This document shows, in pieces, positions 18,574 through 27,694 of a stretch of DNA of 64,000 nucleotides (its first letter is position 1; each line of letters begins with the position of its first letter). Location: IMG/VR virus record IMGVR_UViG_3300030524_000001, one strand, 5' to 3'. The stretch comes from a virus. Position numbers and translations under genes: made by a program. Below the pieces are notes generated by a model. The model saw nothing but the letters and a program-made list of their open reading frames with translations, was not told where the DNA came from and did no database searches.

Positions 18574-18927
18574 GTGCCCTATCGAACCAGCCAGCCGATG
18601 ACGATCCGGCGACGTGAGCAGGTGGGGGATAGGCTCCGAAGTCTCCGCCGCGGACTCGGACTCTCGCAAGAGGCCCTCGGCGCCCTCATCGGCCTGGACC
18701 GCCGCTCTATCGGCACCATGGAGAACGGTGTCGGCTCCGTCACCGTCGACGCGGTCCTCGATCTCGCAGAGGCCATGAGAGTGCCCGTGACGTGGTTCTT
18801 CACAGACGACTGGACGCAACCGCCCGGCCTGGCTGAGAGCCTCGGCCTCGGGGGTGGCGTGCGGGGTGGTACTGCGCCAAGGGTGCGCCAGGTGTGCGCT
18901 ACGGACGATCCGTTGCGCGGGGCGTGA
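18574..18927 (+). CDS. XRE-family HTH protein
   Basis: GDRLRSLRRGLGLSQEALGALIGLDRRSIGTMENG. Confidence 0.85.
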   Translation: MPYRTSQPMTIRRREQVGDRLRSLRRGLGLSQEALGALIGLDRRSIGTMENGVGSVTVDAVLDLAEAMRVPVTWFFTDDWTQPPGLAESLGLGGGVRGGTAPRVRQVCATDDPLRGA

Positions 18928-18973
18928 CCGCGCGTCGCGCACGCCCCCGCCCAACGCCGGGTATACATATCAC

Positions 18974-19365
18974 TCACCCGTTCCCGCGCCGGAACTTGGC
19001 AAGCTGCGCCTCCACCCGGCTGCGTGTCGCCGCGGGCGTCGGCTTGGCCTTGTCGCAGGTGTCGCACACCACCGCGGTGCACCCGGCGGCGTTGCCCTGT
19101 TCGACCTCACCGACGAGCCGCCCGGGACCGGTCCGGCCGCATTCGGTGCACCGGCCCACGCCCTCCGGGGCGTTCACCGGGCACGCGCCGTCGGGAATGC
19201 GGCTTCCTCGGCTTCGGCGAGGAACCGGTCGTAGCAGTCGGTGTGCGACACGTCGACGAGTGGCGTGGTCGTGTCGCCGGGTGTGAGGCGGGCGGTGCGC
19301 CCGGTCGGGGGCTGGCCGCAGTAGTCGCAGTGTCGGTCGTCCGGTGGTGGTGCGGGCGTGGTCAT
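18974..19365 (-). CDS. two small Cys-rich proteins (19174-19365 and 18974-19177)
   Basis: HCDYC...H.DC and CTEC...CDTC; overlapping stop/start. Confidence 0.5.
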
Positions 19366-19808
19366 GGTGTCCCCAGGGTTGGGTCGGTGGCGGCGAGCTG
19401 CTCGGCGAGGGCCTTGGCGAGCCACGGTGGTGCGGTGATGATCGGGGTGGCGGGCGTGTGCAGCCAGTGCAGCTTCGAGTGCGGGTTGGCGGGGTTCGGG
19501 ATGGCGAGCCACGCGCCTTTGCCGCGCAGGACGCAGCGGTCGGGCCAGGTGGCGGTGTGGCCAGGGGAGATGAGCCAGTGGACGGTGCTGGAGCGCTCGT
19601 CCTGGAGGACCGGGCCGACGAGCAGCCGGTCGTCCTCGTCCGTCAGGAGCCGGTGCAGGACAGGCAGCGCGAGGGCCTCCGGCGTCCGCAGGGCATCCCA
19701 GGTGACACCGCACTCCAGCAGCCGCACGCGGGCGTCCAGGCTCGGCGGGCGGGTGTGGTCGTCGGGGATGAGCCAGCCGGACGGCGACCGGGTGACAGCG
19801 TCGATCAT
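19362..19808 (-). CDS. hypothetical protein, degenerate Prim-Pol-like family common in Streptomyces
   Basis: GVTWDALRTP...GPVLQD...VHWLISPG...LRGKGAWLAIP...WL pattern. Confidence 0.5.
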   Translation of the reverse strand: MIDAVTRSPSGWLIPDDHTRPPSLDARVRLLECGVTWDALRTPEALALPVLHRLLTDEDDRLLVGPVLQDERSSTVHWLISPGHTATWPDRCVLRGKGAWLAIPNPANPHSKLHWLHTPATPIITAPPWLAKALAEQLAATDPTLGTP

Positions 19809-20005
19809 GCCGCGTCCCGGCAGTGTGCGCAGGTGACGACGGGCCAGGACAGCGGGCCGCCTTCGCTGTCGAGGGTCCCGACGTGCCCGGCCGGGAACAG
19901 TGGTCCTTTGGCGCTGCCGCAGCCGATACAGGCCTCGCCGTGGAGGCGGACGATGCTTATGGCATCGACGGGCAGTTCGAGTTCGACGACGGGTAAGGCG
20001 GCCAT
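19805..20005 (-). CDS. small zinc-binding protein
   Basis: LHGEACIGC...VVTCAHC. Confidence 0.5.
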   Translation of the reverse strand: MAALPVVELELPVDAISIVRLHGEACIGCGSAKGPLFPAGHVGTLDSEGGPLSWPVVTCAHCRDAA

Positions 20006-20090
20006 GGCACGTCCCTCGCACTTGCGGGTGCTGACGTGACCATGGTCCCGAGCTGCAGCAGCGGCTAGGTGTACAGCTTGTACACCTTCG

Positions 20091-21275
20091 TCAGATCGCT
20101 CCGGCCCACTCTGCGAACCCCAGCAGCGTTTCCCGGTCCGAGCGCTGCGAGCGCACCAGCGAACGGAGCGTCTCCCGGACCTGGGGATGCTCGTGGACGT
20201 GCTGGGGTGCGATCCGGCGCGCGACCCGCAGCGACTCGAACGCGTCGTCGCCGAGGTTCTGCCACAGCTGGGCGCGCGCGACGTCGATGTAGTAGTGGCT
20301 GCGGCGCTCCGCCGGAAGCTCCAGCGGCGGCTTCCACTTCCGGGCTGCAGTGAGCACCGCAGCACCGTCGTTCAGTTCGACGGCAACGGAGACCTGGTGG
20401 ACGCGGAACGACGACGGCCCGAACGCGGTACCGAGGTAGACGCCCTCGCGGACCGTGGCGGCGAGGGCTTTGGCGTCGGCGAGGTGAGTCTCCGCCGCGG
20501 CCCCGTCCCGCATGCGGCCGGCGACTACGGCGGCCCGCATGTGCAGGGCGCCGACGGCTGCCCGGGTCGCGGTGTCGTCCGGCGCGGGAGCGCGGTCGAT
20601 GGCGCCCTGCAGCATTCTCAGACCGGTGCCCAGTGCCTCGACCTGGCGGGAGGAGAAAAACGTCTCCATGCGCACGTAGCTCGCGGTGGCGTCGAGGATC
20701 GGGTCTTCGGCCTGCGCGGCAGCCCAGCGCATCAGCTCGACGGTCCGGGCGGACAGGTCCCGGTAGGTGTACTTGTAGACCACCGCGTCGGCCGACCGGT
20801 ATACGGAGGCGAGCAAGCGCGCGGCCTCGATGCGGTCAGCGCCGGCGAACTGCTCGACGGCCCGCGTCAGCTCCGCGAGCCGGTTGGGCAGAACTTTCGC
20901 GAGCGAGGTGTAGCGGGACGCGAGCCGCCAGCCTTCGAGCTCGGCAGTGGAACGGCGTAACGCGGACAGGTCCCGAACGGGGCCGTCAGGCGGCAGGTCA
21001 TAGGCGTCGACGGCTGCGCGCAGGGCCGGGATGGCCGCGTGAATGCGGCTGTCGCTATGGCGGGTGCTGCCGCGCAGCCGGGCGGCGTCGACGTCGAGGG
21101 CTTCGGCGACGGCATCGAGGACATCATCGCTAGGTTCGCGTCGGCCGAGCTCGATCGATTTGATGGCGTCGATGGATACGCAGGCGAGCGCGGCGAGTTC
21201 GGTCTGCTTCATGCGCCGGGCTTTGCGGGCGGCGGCGATGCGGGAACCTAGGCTGTTCGGGTCGCGGGGTGGCAT
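20091..21275 (-). CDS. XRE HTH regulator with helical (TPR-like) C-terminal domain
   Basis: LGSRIAAARKARRMKQTELAALACVSIDAIKSIELGRREP; GAGGAG RBS before ATG 21275. Confidence 0.85.
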   Translation of the reverse strand: MPPRDPNSLGSRIAAARKARRMKQTELAALACVSIDAIKSIELGRREPSDDVLDAVAEALDVDAARLRGSTRHSDSRIHAAIPALRAAVDAYDLPPDGPVRDLSALRRSTAELEGWRLASRYTSLAKVLPNRLAELTRAVEQFAGADRIEAARLLASVYRSADAVVYKYTYRDLSARTVELMRWAAAQAEDPILDATASYVRMETFFSSRQVEALGTGLRMLQGAIDRAPAPDDTATRAAVGALHMRAAVVAGRMRDGAAAETHLADAKALAATVREGVYLGTAFGPSSFRVHQVSVAVELNDGAAVLTAARKWKPPLELPAERRSHYYIDVARAQLWQNLGDDAFESLRVARRIAPQHVHEHPQVRETLRSLVRSQRSDRETLLGFAEWAGAI

Positions 21276-21382
21276 GCTGGACTCCTCGTTCAAGACTCGT
21301 CATCTCGAACGGTAGCGGGGCGGCGACGCTCTGTGCAGTCATACCGCCCTGCCTGCATAGTCCAGGCGGGGCGGTGTCGCGT

Positions 21383-22024
21383 TCAGGTGCCCGCGAGCAG
21401 CGCCGGTAGCTCGCTGATCGAGTCGACGTGCCAGTCGGCCTGCTGCGCCTCGGGACTGTCGGCGTACAGGTAGCCCCACGGCCCGCGCCGCAGGTGCACC
21501 GCCCGCAGCCTGGCGGCCTTCGCCGGGACGACGTCGTTGTGCGGATGGTCGCCCACGTAGGCGATCTCCCCAGGCTCGAACCCGGACCAGGTTGCGACCC
21601 GTTCGAAGAACCCGGCCGACGGCTTCGCGACGCCCCACTCCCCGGACGTTGCCAGCGCGTCCACGGGCAGGTCCAGGGACCGCAGCAGGGCCGCCATGCG
21701 CGCGGTCTGGTTGCCGACGACCCCGACCCACAGTCCGGCGTCCCGCAGCGCCTGCAGGCCCGTCCGGACGTCCGGGTACAGGTCGTCCTCGCCGAGGCGC
21801 TCACCTCGGCCGGCTGCCTCGCGGACCTCGTACTCGGCCCACAGGTCCAGGCCGGGCCGGATCAGGCGGAGCGCGTCGGCGTTGTCGCGGCCTTGGGCGA
21901 CGACGGCGCCGACGAGCGCGGACAGGGTGTGGTGGGGGACGTCGAGCCAGTCTGCCCAGTCGGCCCAGAAGCGGCGGTCGGAGGTGAGGGTTTCGCCGAC
22001 GTCGAACACGACTGCACGGATCAT
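21383..22024 (-). CDS. HAD-superfamily hydrolase
   Basis: VVFDVGETL motif I, GNQ, AKP, YVGDHPHND; TAGGCT 6 nt before ATG (leaderless). Confidence 0.9.
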   Translation of the reverse strand: MIRAVVFDVGETLTSDRRFWADWADWLDVPHHTLSALVGAVVAQGRDNADALRLIRPGLDLWAEYEVREAAGRGERLGEDDLYPDVRTGLQALRDAGLWVGVVGNQTARMAALLRSLDLPVDALATSGEWGVAKPSAGFFERVATWSGFEPGEIAYVGDHPHNDVVPAKAARLRAVHLRRGPWGYLYADSPEAQQADWHVDSISELPALLAGT

Positions 22025-22188
22025 GGCGGGAGCCTACCGGGCCGGTGCGGGCGGGACGGTCCTCCCTGCGACAATTGGATCGATGCCTCTTCCCAGCACG
22101 TCTCTCGCTGCCGCCCAGTCCGCGCTACCTGGCGGCCCGTTCCTCGAGTAGCAGCGGGGAACGGGCCTGAGAACTGCGCTGCCTCGGG

Positions 22189-23226
22189 TCAGATGACGCT
22201 GGCCAGGTAGGCCAGTTCCTTCTGGTAGCGGGTGACCGAGCCGTTCACCTGCAGGCGCTTGCCCTCCACCGTGTGGAACGACCCGACCTTGAGTTGGCTG
22301 ATCGGGATGCTCTTCGCGCCGCTGATCCGGCCCGATGATACGAAGTCATCCGTCACGATGAACGCATCGGTCGGGTCTTCCACGTCGAACAGGCCGGGGT
22401 ACCGAAGCGCGATTTCGATGGCCCGCTCGATGTACATGCGGGACGCCCGGTCCGGAGTGGACTGCATCTGGCTTCTGGAGCCCACCATGGTCATGACGAT
22501 GGCGGCCACGCGAGGAGCGCTCCGACCCCCCGCGCGCTCATTCCAGACCTGGAAGTCCTTGGCCGGATTGGAGAGCAGTTCGAGCGTCAGCTGCAGTGAC
22601 GCCAGTGAGTGCTCGTCGACGCGGACCGGGATGATGACCGCGTCTGCCGCGCACCATGCCAGGTGCGTACCGCCGGCGTAGAAGGGACTGGTGTCCATGA
22701 GGATGCCGTCGATGTTGTTCTCGGCTGCCTCCTTCTCCAGTACCACCCTCAGAGAGTCGAGGAGGGCGCTGACAGCCTTCGGGCGACCCTGGGCGTTGGC
22801 GATCTGCAGCTGCTGGTAGAGAGTGGAGGGGAAGGCGAACATCTCGGGTGAGCCGGGGATGAGGTAGGCGGGGCGGTTGACCCGGAAGGCGTCGCAGTAC
22901 TTCGAGATGCGGTAGCTCGCGTCGGTCGGCGCTTCTCCGAAGGCGGGTCCCAGCATGACGGGCTGGAGGGCGTGGACGATGTTCACGGCGGGCGTTTCCT
23001 CCGGCATGAGCGCCTCGGTCATGTTGCACTGGGCGCACAGGTCGGCGACGAGAAGGGACCGGTGTCGCGCCAGCTCGTAGGCGAGGTTGAACGAGAGCGT
23101 GGATTTGCCGACGCCGCCGCGAAGGGTTGAGACGGCGTAGCTGCGGTACCGGGGGGACCCGGTCCTGACGTAGCCCTCTTCGACGACTCGCTTGTGGGTT
23201 TCTAGCACCTTGTCCAGTTCGGTCAT
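22189..23226 (-). CDS. ParA/MinD-like ATPase, no ParB partner seen
   Basis: TLRGGVGKST deviant Walker A, ADLCAQCNMT, ILMDTSP Walker B, IIPV. Confidence 0.85.
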   Translation of the reverse strand: MTELDKVLETHKRVVEEGYVRTGSPRYRSYAVSTLRGGVGKSTLSFNLAYELARHRSLLVADLCAQCNMTEALMPEETPAVNIVHALQPVMLGPAFGEAPTDASYRISKYCDAFRVNRPAYLIPGSPEMFAFPSTLYQQLQIANAQGRPKAVSALLDSLRVVLEKEAAENNIDGILMDTSPFYAGGTHLAWCAADAVIIPVRVDEHSLASLQLTLELLSNPAKDFQVWNERAGGRSAPRVAAIVMTMVGSRSQMQSTPDRASRMYIERAIEIALRYPGLFDVEDPTDAFIVTDDFVSSGRISGAKSIPISQLKVGSFHTVEGKRLQVNGSVTRYQKELAYLASVI

Positions 23227-23437
23227 GGTCGTCTCTCCTGTGCACCTGGTCAGCGGGGTGCTGGCGCGGGGCCATCCCGCAGGCGGTGCTGGAGGCAGCG
23301 TAACACGCAGGAGATGCAGGTATTTCGAAAACCAGCAGGAGACCATGCAATGCGCAGGTGATGCTGGAGGCGGTGCGGCGGAGTCGCGCTCCGACCGCCG
23401 GCACTGAGGTGACGGTGCGGCCTGCGATCATGAGGTG

Positions 23438-23659
23438 ATGCCTCAATCTCAGAACGTCCCGGCCGCCCAGTCTGCTGTCGACCGGGCGAACCTGGAGATA
23501 CGTGCGTGGGTGCTCGGCCTGCCGCCGTACGCGCAGTGGACGCCCGCCGAGAAGGCCCGCTACGACCAGCTGCTGGACGCGTTCAACGGCGCGCGGGACC
23601 GGCTGCGGGAGGCGGCGGCGCGGGAGGGCGACGACGAACCGGCGGCTGTGGCGGCGTGA
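23438..23659 (+). CDS. small hypothetical protein
   Basis: GATCAT 6 nt before ATG 23438; helical 73-aa product. Confidence 0.5.
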   Translation: MPQSQNVPAAQSAVDRANLEIRAWVLGLPPYAQWTPAEKARYDQLLDAFNGARDRLREAAAREGDDEPAAVAA

Positions 23660-23683
23660 CTGACGGGCCGAGCGCGTTTTTAT

Positions 23684-23724
23684 TGGGTACCCGATTGACA
23701 TGCATGCTGGGTACCCAGTAGCGT
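23684..23724 (+). promoter_or_regulatory. housekeeping-type promoter with two GGGTACCC operators
   Basis: TTGACA 23695-23700, 18-nt spacer, TAGCGT 23719-23724; TGGGTACCC at 23684 and perfect CTGGGTACCCAG at 23707-23718. Confidence 0.7.
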
Positions 23725-23765
23725 TAGTGATGTCAGCAAGTCCCCCTCGCAAAACGGAGGCCGAC

Positions 23766-24668
23766 ATGAGCCTGAACATCAACACCGACCTGCTCAGCGA
23801 ACTCATCAAAGCCGGTGAGCGCAGCAAGCGCGCCAGCGAGACCTACATCGTCCTCGAAGACGACGGCTGGCAGGTACGAACCTTGATCGACCCGCCCGAC
23901 TCCGGGCTCATCGCGATGGACGCAGAGTCCGTCCTGCTCTACCTCGACGGCGAAGGCCTGGACGAGGAGAGCGCGCAGGCCCTCGCCACCCCGCCCGCAT
24001 CCGTCGCGGCCACCTTCGAGATCGCCACCCCCACCGGCGGTACCTCAGCCCCCGCCGCCGACTGGCAGGTCGTCACAGCCGCCCTCAACGAGGACGGCGC
24101 CCCCGTCCGCGACTGGACCCAGGCCTGGGCCTTCGACCACGCCGCGGCCACCGAGGCCGTCACCGCACAACGCGGGCGCGACGACGGCATCGAGGAAAGC
24201 CTGTGGCTCACCGACGAGGGCCGCTACCTGATCCGCCGCTACTCCAGCCGTCAGGGCCAGCCCGCCTCCGAATGGATCGAGGCCAGCCCCGAGCAGGCCG
24301 CCGAATACGCTTACAACGCCGACGAAGACCAGATCCCCGACGAGGACGCGCTGCCGCTGCTGCTGAGCGCCACCCGCCTTGTCGCCCGCCTCGCAAACCA
24401 GTTCCAGGCACCCGAGATCGGATCCGGCAGCGACCCGGACGTCCGGCGCGGCTACGCCCGCAAAGTCCTCCCCGAAGCCGTCGAGCAGGTCAAGGCCGCG
24501 AAGGTCGTCAGCGACCTGATCCGCAGCAAGCTGCTGTCCAGCATCCGTGCGGAGCGCGTCGACTCTGCCCGGCTGGTCGTCCTCGCCTGCCACGGCGACC
24601 GGAGCGAGGCCGCCGGTCGCCTCGACATGGCCTACAGCACGCTGAGCAACCTCATCAAGGACGCCTGA
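23766..24668 (+). CDS. acidic hypothetical protein with C-terminal Fis-like HTH
   Basis: GGAGG RBS before ATG 23766; ends GDRSEAAGRLDMAYSTLSNLIKDA. Confidence 0.65.
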   Translation: MSLNINTDLLSELIKAGERSKRASETYIVLEDDGWQVRTLIDPPDSGLIAMDAESVLLYLDGEGLDEESAQALATPPASVAATFEIATPTGGTSAPAADWQVVTAALNEDGAPVRDWTQAWAFDHAAATEAVTAQRGRDDGIEESLWLTDEGRYLIRRYSSRQGQPASEWIEASPEQAAEYAYNADEDQIPDEDALPLLLSATRLVARLANQFQAPEIGSGSDPDVRRGYARKVLPEAVEQVKAAKVVSDLIRSKLLSSIRAERVDSARLVVLACHGDRSEAAGRLDMAYSTLSNLIKDA

Positions 24669-24682
24669 CGCTGCCTGTAACG

Positions 24683-24712
24683 CGGCCCGCGCCACCACCA
24701 TGGCGCGGGCCG
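24683..24712. terminator. hairpin after the HTH-tailed gene
   Basis: CGGCCCGCGCCA / TGGCGCGGGCCG 12-bp stem. Confidence 0.5.
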
Positions 24713-24762
24713 GCCGAGTGTCTGCGCCGGCCCTGTCGTACTCGCCCTCTACACTCCCGTCC

Positions 24763-25086
24763 GTGCCCGATGACCTGATCGCCCTCCCGCCCGAGCTTCA
24801 CCCGTACCGCCGTGCTTTCGATGAGGCCACGGCCGCCCTCGACGCCTATGTCGCGCAGGTGGAAGCTGCCTGCCGCGCCGAGTACCCGGACCCTGGTGGC
24901 CGCTGGGACGAGGTCCAGGCTGCACTGCGTACTGCCGCGTGGACGCCCGAGCAGCACGCTGAGGTCCAGCGGCTGCGGGATGGGCGGGAGGCTGCACGGA
25001 AGGCCCTGTGGGAGCGGCCCGCGCACGAGGCCGGGCGGAAGTCGGGGGACTGGAAGAGGTGGAAGCCGCTCGACGCGGCGGAGTAG
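24763..25086 (+). CDS. hypothetical helical protein, probably leaderless
   Basis: TACACT (24750-24755) 7 nt before GTG 24763. Confidence 0.5.
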   Translation: MPDDLIALPPELHPYRRAFDEATAALDAYVAQVEAACRAEYPDPGGRWDEVQAALRTAAWTPEQHAEVQRLRDGREAARKALWERPAHEAGRKSGDWKRWKPLDAAE

Positions 25087-25123
25087 CCCGCGCGCCGGGG
25101 TGGAGCGCGGGCCGCTGGCGAAC

Positions 25124-25972
25124 CTACGCCGCGAGTCGCTGCCGGCTCATCGCCAACTCGGCGACCACCAGCTGCTCCCACTGCCCCAACGTCAGGTGCA
25201 CATCGTCCTCGGCGAGCTCCTCGGCCGCCAGGCACAGCCGCGCGACCATCCGGTTGAGCTTCGACAGCTCCAAGCTGGTGAGGTAGTTCTTCGCAACGCT
25301 CCGGCACGCCGCCTTCTGCGACGGCTCCGACTTGCCCTGCTCCCGGCCGGGCCACGTCTCCAGCTCCCGCACTCCCCGGATGTCAGACGCCGTCATGCCG
25401 GTGATGTGCAGGTACAGCTTGTTCTGGAGGATCGCGAACGCGAGCTGGGTCCGGCGGGTCGACGGCTCGTAGTCGGTGGCGTTCTCCGCCATCATGTCGC
25501 GGAACGTCCGGTAGTCGATCATCTCGCGGGCGCGCGCCAGGGCGGTCCGCTGGATGTCGGCAACGTCTAGGGAGAGCAGTTCGGCTTCGCGGGCCCTGAC
25601 GGCGAAGTAGACCAGGGCGGCAGCGATCTCGGGCTTGCGGGAGTCGCCGCGCATGGCCGTCAGGTAGGCGGCATGGCGGGAGAGAGCAACGTCGGCGATG
25701 CCTCGGCTGTGGCCGCGCGCGTTCTTCGTGATCTTCGTGCTGTCACGAAACTGATCTTGGCTGGAGCGTTCGCCCTGCTCGGCGGCCACCACCGCGCGCG
25801 CCTGATCCAGCGCCTCGGTGAAGTTCTCCCACCTGCTGTAGCCGAGGAGTGGCATCAGCTCGCGGGCGGACCAGTATTCCCGCCCGTAGGCGTCGACACG
25901 CCGGATCGTCTCAAATGGCGTACCTCCCTTGCTCTGGGCAGGGAGGTCCGGGGTACAGTCGGTGCTGTTCAA
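25124..25972 (-). CDS. BRO-N/DinD-like N-terminal domain with RhuM-like C-terminal domain
   Basis: TPFETIRR...EYWSARELMPLLGY..WENF...; C-terminal FAILQNKLYLHITGMTASDI...VAKNYLTSLEL..LNRMV; AGGAG RBS before TTG 25972. Confidence 0.75.
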   Translation of the reverse strand: MNSTDCTPDLPAQSKGGTPFETIRRVDAYGREYWSARELMPLLGYSRWENFTEALDQARAVVAAEQGERSSQDQFRDSTKITKNARGHSRGIADVALSRHAAYLTAMRGDSRKPEIAAALVYFAVRAREAELLSLDVADIQRTALARAREMIDYRTFRDMMAENATDYEPSTRRTQLAFAILQNKLYLHITGMTASDIRGVRELETWPGREQGKSEPSQKAACRSVAKNYLTSLELSKLNRMVARLCLAAEELAEDDVHLTLGQWEQLVVAELAMSRQRLAA

Positions 25973-26242
25973 GGAGGTCTTTCTCCTAACGAGCCACAGC
26001 CCTCGGCGGTGTCGTGACCGCGCGGGGGCTCTTTGCTGTCCGGCCATCGAACTGGTGGCCACAGAAGATGCTACGCCTACCAAGAGTCACTTCGGCAAGG
26101 ACCTTCGCACCATCACCACCCGTTTGGTGCAGGCAGATTGTCATACAAGCCACCACCTGTTGGGGTGTCACTCTTTCGAGTGGCCCACAGAGAGTTAGCT
26201 CCTCCGGGTGGACGCTGAGGACCGCGAGCACGGCGGGGCGAT

Positions 26243-27391
26243 TCACAGGCTCGGCCGCCGCATCTGCTCCCGCGCCGCCCGGAACTCCTCCAGCGCCGCC
26301 GACTTCACCTCGACCACCGGCTGCTCCGGCGTGAGGCAGCGAGCACATGGCCCGGTCGGCTGCTCGGTGACGGGTGCGCGACACTCGGGGCACTCGAACT
26401 GCGGCAACTGGACGGGTGGCGGTGAGGTCTTGCGGCGAAGATCCGCGAGCCGGGCGGCGAAGTCGAGCTTGCCGTTGCTGCTCATCGCCCACGCCGTCTC
26501 GTTGGTGATGCGGCCTTCACGCTTCACCTGAGCGAGGACCGCCCCGACCTCGTCGCCGGTCGCGGCGTGCGTGCCCGCGAGCTTTTGGATCAGCGGAGCC
26601 TCTTCTCTCTCGCTGTTGGCCGGAGCGGCGGGAGGTTGCGGCGGGTCAGTCGAGGCAGGCGCGGAGAGAGAAGCTTCGTCTCGTTGCACTTCGTCTAGTT
26701 CCACCCCGCTCGAGCGGGGTACCGGCCCCCGCTCGAGAGCGGTACGTACCCCGCTGGAGAGCGGTACCAGAATTGAGCCTCCGTCACGCCTTTCCGCAGG
26801 TCGCTACGTACCCCGCTGCAGCGGGGTACGTACCCCGCCAGGGCGGGATCCCAAGATGCCCGACTTGTTGGCTTTCCGACGCGCGGCGTCCTCCTTCCGC
26901 TTGGTGCACATCTGCTTCACTCCGGCCGCGATCCACGCCCGCCGCTCGGCCTGCCATGCCGCGAGCTCGTCCGGCCGGGTGCGGCGCAGCTCGTAGTACT
27001 GCGCGGCCGACACCGGGCCGACGTAGCCGTGCGGCGGCGTCTGGTGGATCTCGTACCGGTTGCGGGCCCGCAGGCCGTTCGCGTACCGGACCGTCTCGAC
27101 GGAGACCGCGCCGATCACGACCAGCTCGTCGGTGTACGGCGTCACCGACTCGGGCTTGCCGAGCCCCGCCATCTCGGCGAGCACGTCCTGGCCCGGCCAG
27201 ACCTCGGTGTCGCCGCGTTGGATGTTGATGTGCATCGACAGGCGCGAGTACAGCGTGACGGCGCGGTCGGAAGCGCAGGACATCAGCACCCAGTCACCCA
27301 CCTGGGTGAAGGGAGCGCGACGGCCGAGCTGCACTTCGATCTGCTGGTCAAGCTGCGCAGGGTCGGGCATGTCTGTGGGAGAGATCGTCAT
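26243..27391 (-). pseudogene. replication initiator (winged HTH, lambda O-like organisation) interrupted by one in-frame TAG
   Basis: FTQVGDWVL...AVTLYSRL...VWPGQDVLAEMAG...ELVVIGAV...N.Y; track ORFs 26804-27478 and 26243-26704 are in the same frame and separated only by TAG 26804-26806. Confidence 0.65.
26703..26846. repeat. cluster of five palindromic iteron-like repeats (putative origin)
   Basis: ACCCCGCTCGAGCGGGGT (perfect 18 bp), CCGCTCGAGAGCGG, CCGCTGGAGAGCGG, TACGTACCCCGCTGCAGCGGGGTACGTA (perfect 28 bp), CCCGCCAGGGCGGG. Confidence 0.7.
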
Positions 27392-27499
27392 CGGGCGACC
27401 TCGCTTCGACCTTCCCCGGGGTCGGCCGTCCTGCATGTATGGATCTTGGGTACGCTCAAGGTGAGCGCCTTTCGTCAAGGTTGGGCTGCTCGAAGGTCC

Positions 27500-27556
27500 G
27501 CGAGTTAGAGCTCGCTGGGCCGTGCGGCCGGACGGAGTTAGAGCTCCGTCCGGCCG
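27500..27556. repeat. two adjacent hairpins with identical TTAGAG loops
   Basis: GCGAG-TTAGAG-CTCGC 27500-27515 and CGGCCGGACGGAG-TTAGAG-CTCCGTCCGGCCG 27525-27556. Confidence 0.7.
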
Positions 27557-27694
27557 TTCTGCGTCCGTGCTGGGTACATGGACGAGTGGGCCGACCTCAA
27601 CTAGATTATACAGCGTTGGTACATTTTCTGGCGGGGGTCGCCGATGCTTGATCAGCTATCCTTATTCACACCGATGGGACAAGGAGGCGACGCC

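Noticed and set aside
22189-23226. Complete parABS partition system
   Set aside because: No ParB-like gene or centromere repeat array was found nearby.
26703-26846. Possible mini-CRISPR array
   Set aside because: Units are 14-28 bp, variable, nearly abutting, with no unique 30-40-bp spacers and no cas genes; iterons fit better.
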